This document shows positions 60,292 to 64,000 of a stretch of DNA of 64,000 bases, one piece after another (positions within the stretch are counted from its first letter, which is position 1; each line of letters opens with the position of its first letter). The stretch spans positions 156,116,001-156,180,000 of the forward strand of contig NC_042999.1 of assembly GCF_006345805.1 (NCBI RefSeq), written 5' to 3'. The notes below the pieces were generated by a model. That model searched no databases. It saw nothing but the letters and a program-made list of their open reading frames with translations, and was not told where the DNA came from. Source of the DNA: Octopus sinensis (lineage: Eukaryota). The position numbers and the translations under genes are program-made.

Positions 60292-60610
60292 CGGGCATCC
60301 GTGCCGGTGGCACGTAAAAAGCACCATCCAATCGTGGCCATTGCCAGCCTTGCCTGGCCCCCGTGCCGGTGGCACGTAAAAAGCACCATCCGACCGTGGC
60401 CGTTTGCCAGCTCCATCTGGCACCTGTGCCAGTGGCATGTAAAAAGCACCCACTACACTCACGGAGTGGTTGTCGTTAGGAAAGGCATCCAGCTGTAGAA
60501 ACATTGCCAGATCAGACTGGGCCTGGTGCAGCCTTCTGGCCTCCCAGACCCCAGTTGAACCGTCCAACCCATGCTTGCATGGAAAGCGGACGCTAAATGA
60601 TGATGATGAT
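60292..60610 (+). mobile_element. RTE 3' end
   Basis: Distal module plus (GAT)n. Confidence 0.85.
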
Positions 60611-60816
60611 TTACAGAATTTTCTCAGTGTGGTCCACTTGAAAACACTGTGCCACACAGAGCAAGACATCGCGCTGCTCTCACGCACAGTGCTTTGATGC
60701 AGTGAGTACTGTTTTCTGTCTGCACGGGGTTAATAAAAAAAAAAAACAGGCTAATACTTGTTTCAGTATATTTAGCTAAAAACAGGTTCTAATGCCATAC
60801 AATTTGTAGGGAGGAA

Positions 60817-61540
60817 TTACAACCGTGTTTCGTGGTCTGCTACCACAACAGCTCCTTTATAGGATCCAGTTAGCTCAAGACATCATCAGGAGGAACCACG
60901 TCCGGTTTCGGCCCCTACTCATCATCATCATCATCATCATCGTTTAGCGTCCGTTTTCCATGCTAGCATGGGTTGGACGGTTCTACTGGGGTCTGTGAAG
61001 CCAGAAGGCTTCATCAGGCCCAGTCAAATCTGGCAGTGTTTCTACGGCTGGATGCCCTTCCTAACGCCAACCACTCCGTGAGTGTAGTGGGTGCTTTTTA
61101 CGTGCCACCCGCACAGGTGCCAGACAGAGCTGGCAAACGGCCACGAACGGATGGTGCTTTTTATGTGCCACCGGCATGGGGGCCAGGCGAGGCTGGCAAC
61201 TCCTCTACCGTTTTGACGTGCCCCCCCCCATCCTTTCGGAGGTGTCTTCAGCTCTGGTGTTGGGTGCATGTCTTCTTTCTTCTGTTTCCTGGCCTCTTCA
61301 ATGTATCGTCAGTGAGTGTCAGCCGGTGACTGACTGTCTTGTCAAATTTCTCCCTTTAAATACCTGCCGCATAGGCTCCAGCAGGCAGCCCCGGCAAGTT
61401 GTCACGTGACTCTGTCTCACCTTAACTGACTAGTGAAGGCGCGTAGTTTTAGCCCGCGCTTTTTCTAAACGACCGTCACCTGTCAGTCAGCGAAGCTGAT
61501 TCAGTGTCAGCTTGTCTCACCTAATGATGTTATTTCCCAT
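60817..61540. repeat. repeat B, longer copy, interrupted by an RTE 3' end (60921-61198, - strand)
   Basis: The halves rejoin to match 6601-6880; ACTC is duplicated at 60917-60920 and 61199-61202. Confidence 0.75.
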
Positions 61541-62934
61541 TGGCGTGTTTATGACTTTCAAGCCATTTTTGGTCTTCCCGCTTCAGTCATATATAGAAGC
61601 TGGCTTTTTCGACCACCTCCTTATTAGTTTACGCAGCTCGGGGCTAGAAAACATAATACTGAAGCAGTTATAAATAAACAAAAGGTTAGGAAAAATTTCA
61701 GCACGACTGTTTTGGTGCCATTTATTTGGCATTACTGATTCAATGCTAAATTTATTTAACATGAGACATTTGAAAATTTCTCTCATTCCCCTCATTCTCC
61801 ATTCATGTGTGTGAGCACATTCCTCTATGCATGACTGAAAAGAGGGAGAGTGTTTATGTCATTTGTGTTCAATAAATAAATTGTAATCTCTCTCTCTCCC
61901 TCTATATTTCTGCACATGTGTGGATATGCCTGTGTGTGTGTGTTTGCCACTAATACCAAAAACTGCTATTACCAAAAATGGATTAGATCTTTTTATCTAT
62001 GGACCCCTTCAGTTATTATTTTATTCTGGTGGTCCCCTATAATCATTTGATGTTTAAAAACTAGTTTTATAAAACCTTCTTTCAAAATTCCTTTTTGTTT
62101 TTTGATCAATAACTTGTGTAGGTTAAGTTAATTTTTTGGCTCAAAAAGCGAAAAGCAAGGCCATGTAGGGGGACATGGAGTTATGTACAGGGAGGGTGTT
62201 CATGCAAAGAGTTCAGGCCATTTCTGGTAAAGAGAGACTTTGAACCGAGCGGTCGTCAGCATCTTCACTATCTCGTCCGGCAGCTTATACCACAGATCCT
62301 CTCCTTCGATTGAGATGAAATCGTCGCAGATAGAGCTTTGCGGAGTGACCCCCGCAGCCGACGCTCTGGAGTAGGAGTGAAGAACAGCTCTTTCGAGTAA
62401 AATGTTAGAGAAAAAAAACCTAGTTGTTTCTTGTAATACATACCAATAAAAAACATCTCAAGCAAAATTTTTTCAGGGACCCATAAAAGATGAACCTCAA
62501 CATTTTACCATTCATCACAACACACAGAAGCCAAAAATAACCTTGATTATAAGTTGGATTTTTGACTTTCTTCAAAATCAGACGGTTCCTTTCCATTGCT
62601 GACTTAGTGCTCTTGTATGGTAGTGAAACATGGATAAATGCCAAACAAGCAAAGATGAGTTTAGATGGCAGTTACACAAGGCTGCTACAAATGGCCCTGG
62701 ATGCAAAATAGCAACAGCGCTTGATCAAGGAGCATCTCTATGGGCAGCCTTCCAAAAGTAATCAACAAGATCAGAGAATGAGGTCTCTGTATATCAGGTC
62801 ATTGCTTATGGCACCAAGAATAAGGAGCACCAAAACCTGCGCTCTGTGACACACAGTGTAGTACCAGCAAGCATTGGAGATAACTGCAAGGAAATCATAG
62901 GACTCACAGAGGCAATGGCAAATAATCGAGATCT

Positions 62935-63218
62935 TTGAATCCGAACGTGGCCGTTGCCAGCGCCGCCACAACAGGCCTCCGTGCCGGTGGCATGTAAAAA
63001 GCACCATCCGATCGTGGCCGTTGCCAGCCCCGTCTGGCACGTAAAAAGCACCCACTACACTCATGGAGTGGTTGGCGTTAGGAAGGGCATCCAGCTATAG
63101 AAACATTGCCAGATCAGACTGGGCCTGGTGCAGCCTTCTGGCTTCCCAGATCCCAGTTGAACCGTCCGACCCATGCTAGCATGGAAAGTGGACGCTAAAT
63201 GATGATGATGATGATGAT
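62935..63218 (+). mobile_element. RTE 3' end
   Basis: Distal module plus (GAT)n; another diverged copy at about 63290-63480. Confidence 0.85.
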
Positions 63219-63677
63219 TTGGCAATATCCCATGCTTGAGAAGAAGACCCATGAAGCCAAGTGAAATCATAGCGATGGCAGACAGTGGTGTTACACAACT
63301 GGCACGCATGCCAGTGGCACATAAAAGCATTCATTACACTCTCAGTGTGGTTGGCATTAGGAAGGGTATCCAGTTGTAGAAACCATGCCAAATCAGACTG
63401 GAGTCTGGTGCAACTCCCTGGCTTGCCAACCCTGGTCAAACTGTCCAACCTATGCCAGCATGGACAACAGACATTGATTATAAGTTTATCATTGGCCATT
63501 GAAAAGCTAGATCTTTATAAAATGATCACCAAAAGCAACTCAGTCTACAGACACAATTAGTAGCAGTCAGAAAGCTATTTAGTATTCAAGCATCTGTACT
63601 AGTGTCATGTAAAAAAGTACCCATGCTGATGTCACATAAAAAAGCACACATGCTGGTGCCACATAAAAAAAACACCC

Positions 63678-64000
63678 AGGCACAGGAGTGGCTGTGTGGT
63701 AAGTAGCTTGCTAACCAACCACATGGTTCCGGGTTCAGTCCCACTGCGTGGCACCTTGGACAAGTGTCTTCTACTATAGCCTCGGGTCGACCAAAGCCTT
63801 GTGAGTGGATTTGGTAGACGCAAACTGAAAGAAGCCCGTCGTATATGTGTGTGTGTGTGTGTGTGTGTGCACGCGTGTATGTTTGTGTGTCTGTGTTTCT
63901 ACCCCTAGCATTGCTTGACAACCGATGCTGGTGTGTTTATGTCCCCGTCACTTAGCAGTTTGGCAAAAGAGATCGATAGAATAAGTACTGGGCTTACAAA
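63678..64000 (+). mobile_element. SINE family C (runs off the window)
   Basis: Head, core and microsatellite. Confidence 0.87.

Noticed and set aside
59400-64000. Further upstream kinase exons (Gly loop, VAVK)
   Set aside because: I found no - strand segment with these motifs and correct splice phase; they probably lie beyond the window.

Overview
AT-rich, repeat-dense eukaryotic genomic DNA. The repeat landscape suggests a cephalopod, probably Octopus; this is inference. (1) On the + strand are 19 coding exons (7871-44360) of a SKIV2L/SKI2 RNA helicase gene. All splice sites are GT-AG with consistent phases, giving about 1128 codons; the N-terminal exons lie upstream of the window. (2) On the - strand are the last three exons (59328-52667) of a convergent tyrosine kinase gene, loosely JAK-like, with HLD in place of HRD. 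(3) A near-intact RTE-clade LINE (about 1-6538) lies upstream of the first visible SKIV2L exon, probably within an intron. It encodes APE plus RT with a PHD-type finger inserted in the RT, is broken only by two 1-bp deletions, and has a 3' UTR multimerised 7-fold. An inverted, 5'-truncated relative at 27684-28946 shares unit-specific variants with it. (4) The rest is more than 20 RTE 3'-end fragments, at least four tRNA-derived SINE families, piggyBac-like, hAT and other MITEs, a Helitron, mariner/Tc1, CR1, Penelope and R4/Dong fragments, hammerhead-like motifs, a 20-bp satellite with a 161-bp higher-order repeat, and microsatellites. Most short ORFs in the supplied track are repeat artefacts. 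Repeat boundaries are approximate, and SINE family labels C-F and repeat B are my own. No database searches were run.
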